In this document: piece after piece, positions 29,461 to 39,486 of the stretch | How the letters are laid out: each line of letters opens with the position of its first letter | Position numbering within the stretch: the stretch's first letter is position 1 | NCBI GenBank assembly: GCA_016432365.1 | Contig: CP066686.1 | Location: 874,918 to 938,917 of the forward strand | DNA length: 64,000 nucleotides | Source: Candidatus Woesebacteria bacterium | Lineage (GTDB): Bacteria > Patescibacteriota > Microgenomatia > UBA8517 | Direction: 5' to 3' | Made by a program: the position numbers and the translations under genes | The notes under the pieces: generated by a model | Database searches by the model: none | Told to the model about the DNA's origin: nothing | Seen by the model: the letters and a program-made list of their open reading frames with translations, nothing else

Positions 29461-30171
29461 TTATTTAAACTTACCAACAACTCTCTCTGCAAAACCTCCC
29501 ATGCTAGGAATTAGGTCTGTAACAAAAGCGCCACTTTTATTCAATTTTAGATTCAATGGGGCAACCTCGATATTTTGCTCCCCAGTACTTTCCCTAAGTT
29601 TCGATGACAACTCCGTTACCGTTCTGATATTTGCATTATATTCCCTAGACGATAAAGAACCAAGTGACGGATGATCATGAACAAAGTATTCGTTCCCATC
29701 ACCAGTAAGTGAGTACCCTTCGATAAATGGTCTGACCAACTCTGGAAAACCCTCCTTTACACCAACCTTTAACACTCTTACAATATTTACTGCAAAGGAT
29801 ATCTCTTTTCCTCCACCTCTTAACTTTGCACTTTGACCGAACCATTTTAGAGCTAACCTGTCCACCCAATCTTTGTATAAATTAAAAACGCTAAGATTAT
29901 ATCTGGGATCAAACTCGTTCGGTGGAAAAATTTGATGAACTTCGTCTCCAATATGTACAACTTCCGATTCTCGCCCGGAAGAGACTAAAACACCTCCAGA
30001 TTCGACTAACCTTTTTACCAGTCCGTCGCGCCGCTCCCACCACTCCAAATTTAGTTTTGATCTTTCCACAATAACGGGTATTTTACACCAACTACAGCCG
30101 TTCGCGCCCCCCGCGATTACCCTCTGGAGATCTAAATGCGCTTTCCATGACCTCATTCCATACAAGGCCAT
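29461..30171 (-). CDS. hypothetical protein (true start probably downstream of the tmk stop)
   Basis: ORF filling the tmk-ftcD gap. Confidence 0.5.
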   Translation of the reverse strand: MALYGMRSWKAHLDLQRVIAGGANGCSWCKIPVIVERSKLNLEWWERRDGLVKRLVESGGVLVSSGRESEVVHIGDEVHQIFPPNEFDPRYNLSVFNLYKDWVDRLALKWFGQSAKLRGGGKEISFAVNIVRVLKVGVKEGFPELVRPFIEGYSLTGDGNEYFVHDHPSLGSLSSREYNANIRTVTELSSKLRESTGEQNIEVAPLNLKLNKSGAFVTDLIPSMGGFAERVVGKFK

Positions 30172-30811
30172 GAATTTCTTCGGGAGTCATTAGTTTGCCC
30201 TCTTTTGTACAATCTATTCCAACTACATTAGGAAAAAAATTTGGAATATCTTGATATATTCCTGCAACTTCTAACTGGTATGCAACATCGGCCTCATGAA
30301 TATCTTTTTTACCACCCTCTAAGTATGCCCTAGCCTTTTTAAGTTCTATAAGTTGGGCACTTATTTCTGCGGGAATGTGCAAAACGATATTTAGGTCTTC
30401 TTTTGGAATTCCGTAAATTATATATTCCAACTCCTGTAGAAATTGTATAAATTTTGGACGCTCCTCAACCGGAAGTTTTGCTGACTGGTGTGCCACATTT
30501 GATAAAAAATATCTGTTTGATACCACATTCACCCCCCCTGATAACATTTCATTAATTTTTGAACTGGCCTGCCATCTGTCACCGGCATAAGTTAAAGAAG
30601 CAAGATATGGATTTACTTCTTTAAGACCTCCAAATTCACCTTTTAAAAACCGGCCAACCAGTTTTCCAAAAAAACTTGTTTCATATTGAGGAAAATCAAA
30701 AAATTCAACAGGCAGACCCCGCTCTTTAAAACGCGACATTAACAGCTTGGCCTGTGTCTCTTTTCCTGTTCCATCAGGGCCTTCAATGACAACAAAGCTT
30801 CCTTTTTTCAT
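30092..30811 (-). CDS. tmk: thymidylate kinase
   Basis: IEGPDGTGKETQ, FP, YAGDR, NRY..SN.AHQ, DIHE. Confidence 0.92.
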   Translation of the reverse strand: MKKGSFVVIEGPDGTGKETQAKLLMSRFKERGLPVEFFDFPQYETSFFGKLVGRFLKGEFGGLKEVNPYLASLTYAGDRWQASSKINEMLSGGVNVVSNRYFLSNVAHQSAKLPVEERPKFIQFLQELEYIIYGIPKEDLNIVLHIPAEISAQLIELKKARAYLEGGKKDIHEADVAYQLEVAGIYQDIPNFFPNVVGIDCTKEGKLMTPEEIHGLVWNEVMESAFRSPEGNRGGRERL

Positions 30812-31500
30812 GATTTATTTTTACCCGGTCGCCCTGGGACTTCGTGATGCTGACGGCACCTGGCTTCATATAAATTGGTTCCTCCCACCACTTCTACCGG
30901 ATCGTTATAACTTGCAGGTCTACGGATTTTTTTACCATTAGAGTCTTCTTCAATTATTCTTTGAGTAAAAATTGCAGCGTCACCGCATTTTGTACATACT
31001 GCGCTTAAAAAATCTGGATGTTCCGCTTCAAGTGCCAACACCCCAATCCCGCCCCATTTTTCGCCCTTAAAATTTAAAGAGAGGCCTACAACAATAACTT
31101 TTAGTCCTTTTTTCCTTGCCAACTCTCTGCAAGTTTCGACAAGGTCATCTTCGGACCAAAACTGTGCTTCATCAAACGCCACAATCAGGGTGTCTTTTGT
31201 GATTAGTTCTAAAGCTCTGTTTGCATTTTCAATCGGTATGGCTGGATAAGACTGTCCATTTTCCGAATTTACAGTCCTTTCACCTCTTCGTTTATCAATC
31301 GTGGGTTTGAAAACCATAATCCTTTGATCTAAATCGGCTTCCGTCAAAACACCCGCATTCTGCATCGTTTTTATTGCAATCCCCGCTATTGTTAACCGCC
31401 TTATTAACTCGTCCGATTTTCCACTAAACATCGGTCCGGTTATTATGTCGATAGAACCCTTTCCACTCAAAATCTCCGATGGATTAATTTTTTCTTTCAT
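30808..31500 (-). CDS. tdk: thymidine kinase
   Basis: GPMFSGKS, FKP.ID.R, DEAQF, C..C, YEARCR. Confidence 0.95.
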   Translation of the reverse strand: MKEKINPSEILSGKGSIDIITGPMFSGKSDELIRRLTIAGIAIKTMQNAGVLTEADLDQRIMVFKPTIDKRRGERTVNSENGQSYPAIPIENANRALELITKDTLIVAFDEAQFWSEDDLVETCRELARKKGLKVIVVGLSLNFKGEKWGGIGVLALEAEHPDFLSAVCTKCGDAAIFTQRIIEEDSNGKKIRRPASYNDPVEVVGGTNLYEARCRQHHEVPGRPGKNKS

Positions 31501-31502
31501 GT

Positions 31503-32459
31503 TTATTTTTTAACTATCCCCAGTTTTGTAAGTTTTTCCATTAACTCTTCTCTTTCTCTTTTGTTGGTGAGGCCAACTACCTTTGATGCTTGGTCTACTT
31601 GATCTGCGGTAAACGTCAATCCTGAATCCAACAATAATTTAGATAACGTGTTTTGCTCCGGGCGTGATAGAGCTGTTGCGAAAAGTTCGTAATCTTCGAA
31701 TGCCTTATAAGACATGGGGAATGCGTCTTTAACTATTGTCGCCATTACATTTGCATATTGCCTAATTTCGAGTTGGGCATGAGGATCCATTCTGAGCGCA
31801 AGAAAATGAAACAAGTTATGAAGATCGACCTTCCAATACCATTGAGTATAAATATCCACTGGCAAAACATTTCTGGCAAGCTCTCTGGCGATTTGAGGTC
31901 TTCGGGGATCGACCGGGTTTCCCGTTCCGTCATCATTTAGCAATAGTTGATAGTCTGCATAGCTCCTTGCTCCGTTTTCCTCAAAAACCCGGCGGACAAA
32001 TTCTGCCTCATCTTTTCCAACACCGTCACCCCGGCCCTGTTTATTATTTGCAGATTGGATATTTACAGAATCGGCTCCAGGGATATAAAACTCGTCTTTG
32101 AGAATAGAATACCTTGCGGAATATTCATTTAGACTTGCTGTTCTGTGGCGAACCCATTGCCTGGCAACCGAAATGGGAAGCTTAACATGAAACTTAAGTT
32201 CGGACATTTCGAAAGGGCTTGTATGTCTGTTTCGATCAAGATACCTGATTAACCCCTCTGTTTGGCTAACCGACTTTGTTCCATAACCATATGAGACTCT
32301 TGCCGCCTGGGCAATTGATTCATCATCCCCCATGTAGTCGACCAGATAAATAAATCCGTGATCTAGAACGGGTACAACTTCTCCAAGCCATTTTTCAGCA
32401 CCGGGATTAACGGTTCGTTTTGTTAGTTCTGGTTCCCGATTTTGAAATTCAGCACTCAT
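31503..32459 (-). CDS. thyX: flavin-dependent thymidylate synthase
   Basis: AARVSY, HTSPFE, RQWVRHR..SLNEYSARY, HAQLEIR. Confidence 0.97.
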   Translation of the reverse strand: MSAEFQNREPELTKRTVNPGAEKWLGEVVPVLDHGFIYLVDYMGDDESIAQAARVSYGYGTKSVSQTEGLIRYLDRNRHTSPFEMSELKFHVKLPISVARQWVRHRTASLNEYSARYSILKDEFYIPGADSVNIQSANNKQGRGDGVGKDEAEFVRRVFEENGARSYADYQLLLNDDGTGNPVDPRRPQIARELARNVLPVDIYTQWYWKVDLHNLFHFLALRMDPHAQLEIRQYANVMATIVKDAFPMSYKAFEDYELFATALSRPEQNTLSKLLLDSGLTFTADQVDQASKVVGLTNKREREELMEKLTKLGIVKK

Positions 32460-32578
32460 GTGATCTGAAAGCTTTTTACCAGTTGGCGAAGAGGAGTGTC
32501 AATACGCAATCAAATAGCAAAACGGCACTACAAATTGTGTCTCTTTATTTTTTATTCTTTTCTTGATATTAATATTTA

Positions 32579-33160
32579 ATGAAAGAACTTCTTTGTGTAA
32601 CCGGACTTACCGGTTCCGGCAAAAGTGTCGCCTCAGACTTCTTTGTAGATAAAGGTTATCAATATGTAAGATTTGGACAAATAGTTTTGGACGAAGTCAA
32701 AAAAAGAAACTTGGAGCCAATCGAAGCAAACGAAAGGCCTATCCGCGAAGAATTCAGAAAGAAATATGGAATGGCCGCGATGGCCATTTTAAATCTCCCA
32801 AAATTTAAAAAACTTTTAGAAGTTGGTGATGTTTTGGGCGACGGACTTTACAGTTTTGAAGAGTATAAAATACTGAAAGAAGAATTCGGAAAACAATTTA
32901 TTACCGTCGCGGTTTACGCCCCACCTGAGTTGAGATACGAAAGACTTGCCAAACGGAAATTAACGAGCGAAGACACTGAGCTTAGAAACCGTCCCTCGAC
33001 AAAAGAGGCCGCCGAGTCCCGTGATTACGCAGAACTTGAAAACTTAAACAAAGGTGCGACTATTGCGATGAGCGATTACACTGTTTTAAACACAAAAGAT
33101 TTAGATTTTTTTAAAAAACAGTTAAATGAAATCTTCCAAGAAATCCAAAAAAATAAATAA
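32579..33160 (+). CDS. P-loop nucleotide kinase (archaeal dephospho-CoA-kinase/UPF0200-like)
   Basis: GLTGSGKS, R.RL..R lid, RDYAE. Confidence 0.75.
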   Translation: MKELLCVTGLTGSGKSVASDFFVDKGYQYVRFGQIVLDEVKKRNLEPIEANERPIREEFRKKYGMAAMAILNLPKFKKLLEVGDVLGDGLYSFEEYKILKEEFGKQFITVAVYAPPELRYERLAKRKLTSEDTELRNRPSTKEAAESRDYAELENLNKGATIAMSDYTVLNTKDLDFFKKQLNEIFQEIQKNK

Positions 33161-33665
33161 CAAATCTGAATATGTCCGCCCGTCTTGGGATGATTATTTC
33201 ATGGAAATAATGCGGTCTGTTTCCAAAAGAGCGACATGCGATCGCGGACGCGCGTCAGCCGTTTTTGTAAAAGACAAGCAAATATTGGTTACGGGTTATG
33301 TGGGTTCCCCAAAAGGCATGCCCCATTGCGACGAAATCGGGCATCAGATGAAAAAAACAATTCACGAGGACGGAACAATAACCGACCATTGCGTCCGCAC
33401 CGTCCATGCTGAACAAAATGCAATTTGCCAAGCTGCAAAACGCGGAGTAACAATTGACGGAGCCACGGTTTACGTAAACATGACGCCCTGCAGAACATGT
33501 GCGATGCTTTTAATTAATTGTGGGGTTAAAAGAGTCGTTGCAGATAAAAAATATCACGCCGGGGCCGAAAGTGAAATGATGTTTAAAAAGGCAAAAATCA
33601 AGTTGGAATTTATCTCTTCAAAAATTGAAAAGTATGAAAATCGAGTACAATTAAATCATGAGTGA
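33126..33665 (+). CDS. dCMP deaminase (ComEB-like)
   Basis: RPSWDDYFM, TGY.G, HAEQNAI, PCRTC. Confidence 0.93.
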   Translation: MKSSKKSKKINNKSEYVRPSWDDYFMEIMRSVSKRATCDRGRASAVFVKDKQILVTGYVGSPKGMPHCDEIGHQMKKTIHEDGTITDHCVRTVHAEQNAICQAAKRGVTIDGATVYVNMTPCRTCAMLLINCGVKRVVADKKYHAGAESEMMFKKAKIKLEFISSKIEKYENRVQLNHE

Positions 33666-34617
33666 AACTTCTTTAGAACCACCTACCACAATTTTGGAGC
33701 CTGAAAAACTAGATAATGAACCTCAATTTTTAAATAAATTAGGTATTGACCATCCAACAGTTGCAAATGAAATAAGAGGCCGCATTCCTGAATGGAAAAA
33801 GAAGGTCGATGAATTAAGCGGAATTGAGGATTTTGGCGCGAAGATGTTGAACGCAATTGAATATGTCGATAAGGAAGAAACTGATCGGTTGATAAGTTCT
33901 GTCGCAGATGAAATAAGAAAAATCAGAGAAAAAGATCCAACCAAGCCTATTAGATTCATTGCTTGGAGTACTACAGATGGAAGCGGTAAGTGGTTTTACG
34001 ATCAGCTTGTGGCATCTTTACAAGATATTTCGACAGATAATATTTCATTAATTGCACCATATGATGTTGGCTACGAGGCAGACTTAAAAGCATACGAACC
34101 AACATATTTCTATCTGGATGACGCCGGGAATTCTGGGCAGCAAATTCAACAAGGTATTTTTGCTTTTAGAAGTGTTGTAGGAAATTTAGAACATTCAGTA
34201 GATCAGGGTGAGGACGAAAACGCAATGATTGAAAACCCAATAGATGTAAGAATCAGACTTCTTAGAGTGACAGATGAAGTAACAGACTTCATAAATCGAC
34301 AAAAAAAATTTTTCATTAATGAGTCAGGTCATCCTTTGGTTGTAGTCGATACCGAAAATAATCCAAACGCTAATAAGCGCATGCCGACCGTGAGTGATTT
34401 GATAACCAACCTAGGATTAAAAGCGGACGACATACAAAATTACGGCGCTTTCCTTTATGGTCATCACGGTAGATTTCCCACAACCCTCGCAATATTTCGA
34501 CATAAAATCCAAGACAACATGCCTATCGCTTTAGTTGAAGGCAGATTGAGTAGCGACAAGGTACCGTTTTTAATTTCGCAAGAAAACAGAAAGTCTATAA
34601 GAAAGTTTTATAAATAA
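33658..34617 (+). CDS. hypothetical protein with phosphoribosyltransferase-like loop
   Basis: FYLDDAGNSGQQI resembles the PRPP-binding hhhDD..sG motif. Confidence 0.5.
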   Translation: MSETSLEPPTTILEPEKLDNEPQFLNKLGIDHPTVANEIRGRIPEWKKKVDELSGIEDFGAKMLNAIEYVDKEETDRLISSVADEIRKIREKDPTKPIRFIAWSTTDGSGKWFYDQLVASLQDISTDNISLIAPYDVGYEADLKAYEPTYFYLDDAGNSGQQIQQGIFAFRSVVGNLEHSVDQGEDENAMIENPIDVRIRLLRVTDEVTDFINRQKKFFINESGHPLVVVDTENNPNANKRMPTVSDLITNLGLKADDIQNYGAFLYGHHGRFPTTLAIFRHKIQDNMPIALVEGRLSSDKVPFLISQENRKSIRKFYK

Positions 34618-36630
34618 CTATTTTTCTTCTTCTTTTTTAGGAGAACGCCAACTGGCATATTTACAATCCGGGTAGCGGGAACAGCCAAAAAACCTTCTTC
34701 CCTTGCCCGTCTTTTTTACAATTACTTCTCCTTTTTTGCATTCGGGACAAATTACCCCAACTTTTTCCAAATATTTTTCCGTGTATTTACATGTCGGGAA
34801 AAGAGAACAGGATATAAACTTACCAAACCTTCCGGTTCTTACTACCAACTCTCCGGTTCTGCTCGCATCACCCGCCACCCTTGCTTCATCGCAATTGGGA
34901 CAAGTCCTGCCCAACTTTTCTGTCTCAATTTTCACCCTTTCACTATTTTTCTCTACATCTTTTAATTTGTTGGCGAATGGACTCCAAAACTCTTTGATCG
35001 GCTCAACCCATTTTAATTTACCGTTAGCAATATCATCCAAATCGTTTTCCATGTGCGCTGTAAATTGATATTCAAAAGTATCCGGGAAATTTCCGATTAA
35101 AAAATCATTGACGGCAATGCCGATTGAAGTCGGCATAAACTGTTTGCTTTCATTTTTTTCAATATAGTTCCTGACTTGAACAGTGGAAATCGTTGGCGCG
35201 TAAGTGCTGGGCCTACCGATTCCCAACTTTTCCAAAGTCTTGATTAATGACGCTTCGTTATATCTTGCCGGGGGTTGGGTAAACTTTTGGTCTCCCCAAG
35301 TTTTGATCAAATCAAGTTCTTCATCTTTTTCAACATCCGGAAGAGTTACAACAACTTCTTCCGCATCTTTTTTAATAGGAAGAACACGTCTCCAACCGTC
35401 AAAAATCATTATTTGCCCTGAAGCCCTTAGTAGATACTTAGTACTCTGCACTTTGTACTCCGCACTAACCTCAATTGTTGTTTCGTCAAAAATCGAAGGG
35501 TTCATTTGACACGCGACAAACCTGGCCCAAATCAATTCGTAAAGCTTAGAGTTTTCCTCAGCAAATTTGTCACCGGTAATTCCAAGTTTGAAATTTACGT
35601 CTGTTGGACGTATAGCCTCATGCGCTTCCTGTGCCACTTTTGAGACTGTCTTAAAAAATCTTGGCGATGGCGGTAAGTACTTATCCCCATATTCTTTCTG
35701 AATAAATGACCGGACTGAGTCGACTGCGGTTTTAGCCAAATTTAACGAGTCGGTTCTGTGGTACGTAATAAAACCTTCTTCGTATAATTTCTGAGCAACC
35801 GACATTGTTTTTTTGGACGACCAGCCAAAAACTCTTGAACCCGCCTGAGATAAAGTGGAAGTCGTAAACGGCGGATAGGGACTTTTTGTAACCTTGCGCT
35901 TTTTTATGTCGGCAACTTTGTACTCCGCCTTTTCCAAATCAGCCAAAATTTTATCTGCTTCATCTTTATTTTTTACTTCCGCGGCTTTGTCCCCGATTTT
36001 TATTAGTTGAACTGTAAAATCATCTTTGACTTTTGAATTTCGACTTTTAACTTTGGAATATATTTCCCAATACTCTTCTGCTTTAAACTTCCCAATCTCC
36101 CTCTCTTTTTCTACAACCAGGCGAACAACAACCGACTGGACTCTGCCTGCGGAAAGCCCCACCCTAACTTTTTTCCAAAGAAGTGGAGAAAGTTTATAAC
36201 CAACTAGGCGATCAAGTACCCTACGAGCTGTCTGTGCATCAACTAAATTCTTATCTATTTCATGAGGATTGTTTATAGCGTCCGTAACAGCCCCTTTTGT
36301 AATTTCGTGGAATGTAACCCGTTTCAACTTGCTGTCTGCGTGAAGTATGTCGGCTACATGTTGGGCAATTGCTTCTCCTTCACGATCAGGGTCGGAAGCC
36401 ACATATATCGTTTTTGCCTTTTTGGATAATTTGATTAGTTTTGCGATTGTATCTGCTCTTTTCGGAACATCAACAAATTCAGGAGCGAAATCGTTTTCGA
36501 TATCTACTCCTAGTGTACTTTTTGGAAGGTCTTTAATATGACCCATCGTTGCCTCCACGTCATACGCATTACCTAAAAATTTGGCTAATGTCCTAGCCTT
36601 TGTGGGTGATTCGACTATTATTAAATTCAT
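34618..36630 (-). CDS. topA: DNA topoisomerase I
   Basis: IIVESPTKA, SDPDREGEAI, SAGRVQS, ITYHRTDS, C-terminal zinc ribbons. Confidence 0.98.
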   Translation of the reverse strand: MNLIIVESPTKARTLAKFLGNAYDVEATMGHIKDLPKSTLGVDIENDFAPEFVDVPKRADTIAKLIKLSKKAKTIYVASDPDREGEAIAQHVADILHADSKLKRVTFHEITKGAVTDAINNPHEIDKNLVDAQTARRVLDRLVGYKLSPLLWKKVRVGLSAGRVQSVVVRLVVEKEREIGKFKAEEYWEIYSKVKSRNSKVKDDFTVQLIKIGDKAAEVKNKDEADKILADLEKAEYKVADIKKRKVTKSPYPPFTTSTLSQAGSRVFGWSSKKTMSVAQKLYEEGFITYHRTDSLNLAKTAVDSVRSFIQKEYGDKYLPPSPRFFKTVSKVAQEAHEAIRPTDVNFKLGITGDKFAEENSKLYELIWARFVACQMNPSIFDETTIEVSAEYKVQSTKYLLRASGQIMIFDGWRRVLPIKKDAEEVVVTLPDVEKDEELDLIKTWGDQKFTQPPARYNEASLIKTLEKLGIGRPSTYAPTISTVQVRNYIEKNESKQFMPTSIGIAVNDFLIGNFPDTFEYQFTAHMENDLDDIANGKLKWVEPIKEFWSPFANKLKDVEKNSERVKIETEKLGRTCPNCDEARVAGDASRTGELVVRTGRFGKFISCSLFPTCKYTEKYLEKVGVICPECKKGEVIVKKTGKGRRFFGCSRYPDCKYASWRSPKKEEEK

Positions 36631-36640
36631 ATTGATATAT

Positions 36641-36741
36641 AAAAAATTAAATATTAAACATCAAAATAGATTTTAAAATTCAAAAATTCTAAAACTATTT
36701 ACATTTTTATCTGTCATTTTAATCTTTAATATTTTATATTT
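36641..36741. repeat. degenerate heptamer-periodic hairpin (family-B-like)
   Basis: A-rich left arm / T-rich right arm with 7-nt rhythm, abutting the dprA stop. Confidence 0.55.
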
Positions 36742-37822
36742 ACACTTTCTTGTATACTCCTTTTCCCATATTTCTGACCATCCCTTTCATTTCCATAATG
36801 GTAAGTCTAGCAGACACTTCACTTGTTTTGCCACCCGATATTCTAACAAGCTCGTCAAGATGTATGGGTTCACGCTCCAAAATTTCCAGAAATTTAGCTT
36901 CGGTTGCGTCACTTGGCATCACTTTTTTGACCGCCTCTTTATCCACTTTAAACTGCAAATGAAGTTCATCCAAAATGTCTTTTGACGAGGTTACTAACTT
37001 ACTTCCGTTTTGGATTAGATAGTTTGGAGCTTCTGAAGTTGGGGAAGTTATTGGTCCGGGCACAGCAAAAACAGTTCTTCCTTGCTCGGCCGCAGCATTG
37101 ACTGTGTAAAAAGTTCCACTTTTCATTCTGCCTTCAACAACAATAACCGCCTTTGAAAGACCGGAGATCAGACGATTACGAACTGCAAAATCGGATGGAA
37201 AAGGTTGATGCCCCAAGGGTTGTTCCGAAATTAAAGCACCGTTATTCTTAATAAACTCTAACGCCAGATTTTTATTCGTTAGGGGCGAGATTATATCCAG
37301 CCCCGATGCAAGAACTGCAATTGTTCGTCCTCCAACTGAAAGCGCAGCGCGTTGTGCCTCAGCATCAATTCCAAGTGCAAGACCTGAAACTATTGTGACA
37401 CCAAAACTTGCAAGTTCACCGGCAAATTTTTTGGCAACCTCACGTCCGTAACTTGTCATCATCCGACTTCCGACAATAGCAATCGCGTTTGTATCTGTAT
37501 TCTTAAATTTCCCGAGGATATAAAGTACATGTGGAGCATCAGATAAATCTTTAAGATTTTCCGGATAATCTTCATCAAAAATTGTTACAACTTTAATCGA
37601 AAGCCTTTCCAGTCTTGAAAGATAGTCTTGGATATTGAATGAATCCCTGTGCTTGATGAACTTTTCGCCAGTTTCCTGTTTTATTCCAATCTCTCTAAGA
37701 TCTGATAAACTCAAATTCCAAATTTTTTTTGCCGACTGAAAATACTTTAAAAGTAGTTTTGTCCGGGCTGGCCCAAACATAGTAAAGGTACTTAGAGCAG
37801 TTAAATATTCTTTTTCTGTCAT
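36740..37822 (-). CDS. dprA: DNA-protecting protein DprA
   Basis: AIVGSR, VSGLALGID, RNRLISGLS, VFAVPG. Confidence 0.96.
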   Translation of the reverse strand: MTEKEYLTALSTFTMFGPARTKLLLKYFQSAKKIWNLSLSDLREIGIKQETGEKFIKHRDSFNIQDYLSRLERLSIKVVTIFDEDYPENLKDLSDAPHVLYILGKFKNTDTNAIAIVGSRMMTSYGREVAKKFAGELASFGVTIVSGLALGIDAEAQRAALSVGGRTIAVLASGLDIISPLTNKNLALEFIKNNGALISEQPLGHQPFPSDFAVRNRLISGLSKAVIVVEGRMKSGTFYTVNAAAEQGRTVFAVPGPITSPTSEAPNYLIQNGSKLVTSSKDILDELHLQFKVDKEAVKKVMPSDATEAKFLEILEREPIHLDELVRISGGKTSEVSARLTIMEMKGMVRNMGKGVYKKV

Positions 37823-39432
37823 TGGGTAGTAGAAAGTCCAGCAAAATAATAATCAAATATCTTTCGGGCAACCGGCCCCGCCACTTGCGACCCTTGTCCA
37901 CCTTTTTCAAACAGTATTGTTGCAACAATCTGGGGTTTGTCTATCGGAGAAAAAACAGTAAACCAAGCATGAGGATTTCCATCTGCCGACACTTCAGCTG
38001 TTCCAGTCTTACAAGCAACCGTCTGTCCACCATGTTTGGACGGAAAATCAAAAAATGTATAGGCTGTACCACCTTCACTACAAGCCTCTTTCATACCGGC
38101 TTTTACCAAATCCAGGTTTTGCTTATCAATCCCAATGCCTCGACATTTATTATTTAGATCTGCTAAAAAATGGGGAGTACAAATCGTTCCCCCGTCGGCT
38201 ATTGCAGAAATATAAGTGTTAATTTCAATTGGTGTAACAGCAACATCACCCTGCCCGATCGCCATATTGTAGGTGTTACCAAGAAACCAAGCTTCTTTTT
38301 TAACTTTTTGCTTCCACTCGGGGGTGGGAATTAAACCAACGGTTTCCCCGGGCAAATCGATTCCTGTGCGTTTGTTGAGTCCAAAAGTATCTGCCCATTT
38401 GGCTAAATTGTTAGCACCTATCATTTCCCCAATTTTGTAAAAAAAGGTATCTGTTGAACGAGCAATTGCGCGCGTTAAGTCAACCTCTCCTTCCGTGCGA
38501 CCGTACTCAACAAAGTACCAATTTCTGTAAGTAAATCCACTAACAGTAACTGAACCTGTGTCGTTGTATCTGAAATTTTTATCAATAACATTTTCCTGTA
38601 AGGCGGCGATTGCCGTAGCTGGTTTAAAAACACTTCCTGGATGAAATGTTCCACTTATTACTCTATTAAAAAGCGGCAAATTCTGATCGGTTAATGACGG
38701 TGCAACATTGTCGGGATCAAAAGAAGGCGAAGAATAAAAAGCCAATATTTGCCCCCCCGGATCAGTAACAATTGCAGCCCCCTTTTTATTATCCATCTCA
38801 CTTGCCACTTCAGCCTGTAAACCAAAATCGATTGTTGTGTTGATATCCTGACCGGGAATTGGAATACGTTTTCCGAGCGATCTGATTTTAGCCCCTTGAG
38901 TATTAACCTCAATGAGTTCTTCGCCCGGTATTCCCAATAATCTACACTGATATTCCTCTTCCAACCCCGTCCTGCCGACTAGAGTGCCGCTAACAACCGG
39001 CCCCTTTTCCGGACACTCAGGATTAATCTTGCCAACCTCAGTGTCTCCCGCCTTTGTCAGATATCCAATGGCGTGAGCCGCTTTAGTCCCCAAAGGATAA
39101 TATCTTTTATAGTCGGAGACGACTTCCTCAGACGACGCCTCCGTTAAATCGTCCGTAATTTCAAACCCGCCATTTTTTATAAATTTAACTCTTTTCTTTG
39201 TCTCGAAATTTCCCGCCAAAACTTCACCGCTTCTGGCGATTATTTTTCCACGGGGAGCAGGAATCGGAATGTGACGGATTCTATTTTCTTCGGATAACTT
39301 ACGGTAATAATCGCCTTTGATGATTTGAACTTCAATAAGTTTTGCAAAAAGAATGAGAAAAACGACAATCAAAAGCCCCCTCAAAAACCATGAAAGCCAG
39401 GACTGAGTATTCTGTGAAGCTAGTGAATTCAT
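37819..39432 (-). CDS. mrdA: penicillin-binding protein 2
   Basis: PAPRG, GSVFK, STDTFFY, IGQG, KTGTAE. Confidence 0.9.
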   Translation of the reverse strand: MNSLASQNTQSWLSWFLRGLLIVVFLILFAKLIEVQIIKGDYYRKLSEENRIRHIPIPAPRGKIIARSGEVLAGNFETKKRVKFIKNGGFEITDDLTEASSEEVVSDYKRYYPLGTKAAHAIGYLTKAGDTEVGKINPECPEKGPVVSGTLVGRTGLEEEYQCRLLGIPGEELIEVNTQGAKIRSLGKRIPIPGQDINTTIDFGLQAEVASEMDNKKGAAIVTDPGGQILAFYSSPSFDPDNVAPSLTDQNLPLFNRVISGTFHPGSVFKPATAIAALQENVIDKNFRYNDTGSVTVSGFTYRNWYFVEYGRTEGEVDLTRAIARSTDTFFYKIGEMIGANNLAKWADTFGLNKRTGIDLPGETVGLIPTPEWKQKVKKEAWFLGNTYNMAIGQGDVAVTPIEINTYISAIADGGTICTPHFLADLNNKCRGIGIDKQNLDLVKAGMKEACSEGGTAYTFFDFPSKHGGQTVACKTGTAEVSADGNPHAWFTVFSPIDKPQIVATILFEKGGQGSQVAGPVARKIFDYYFAGLSTTQ

Positions 39433-39486
39433 GTCTACAATATAGTGTTTCTGGTCGAGAGTTTCCAGTAACCAGTTTTTAGTAAA

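Noticed and set aside
31320-31395. Extra segment in thymidine kinase
   Set aside because: No DNA periodicity or symmetry; probably an ordinary lineage-specific insertion.
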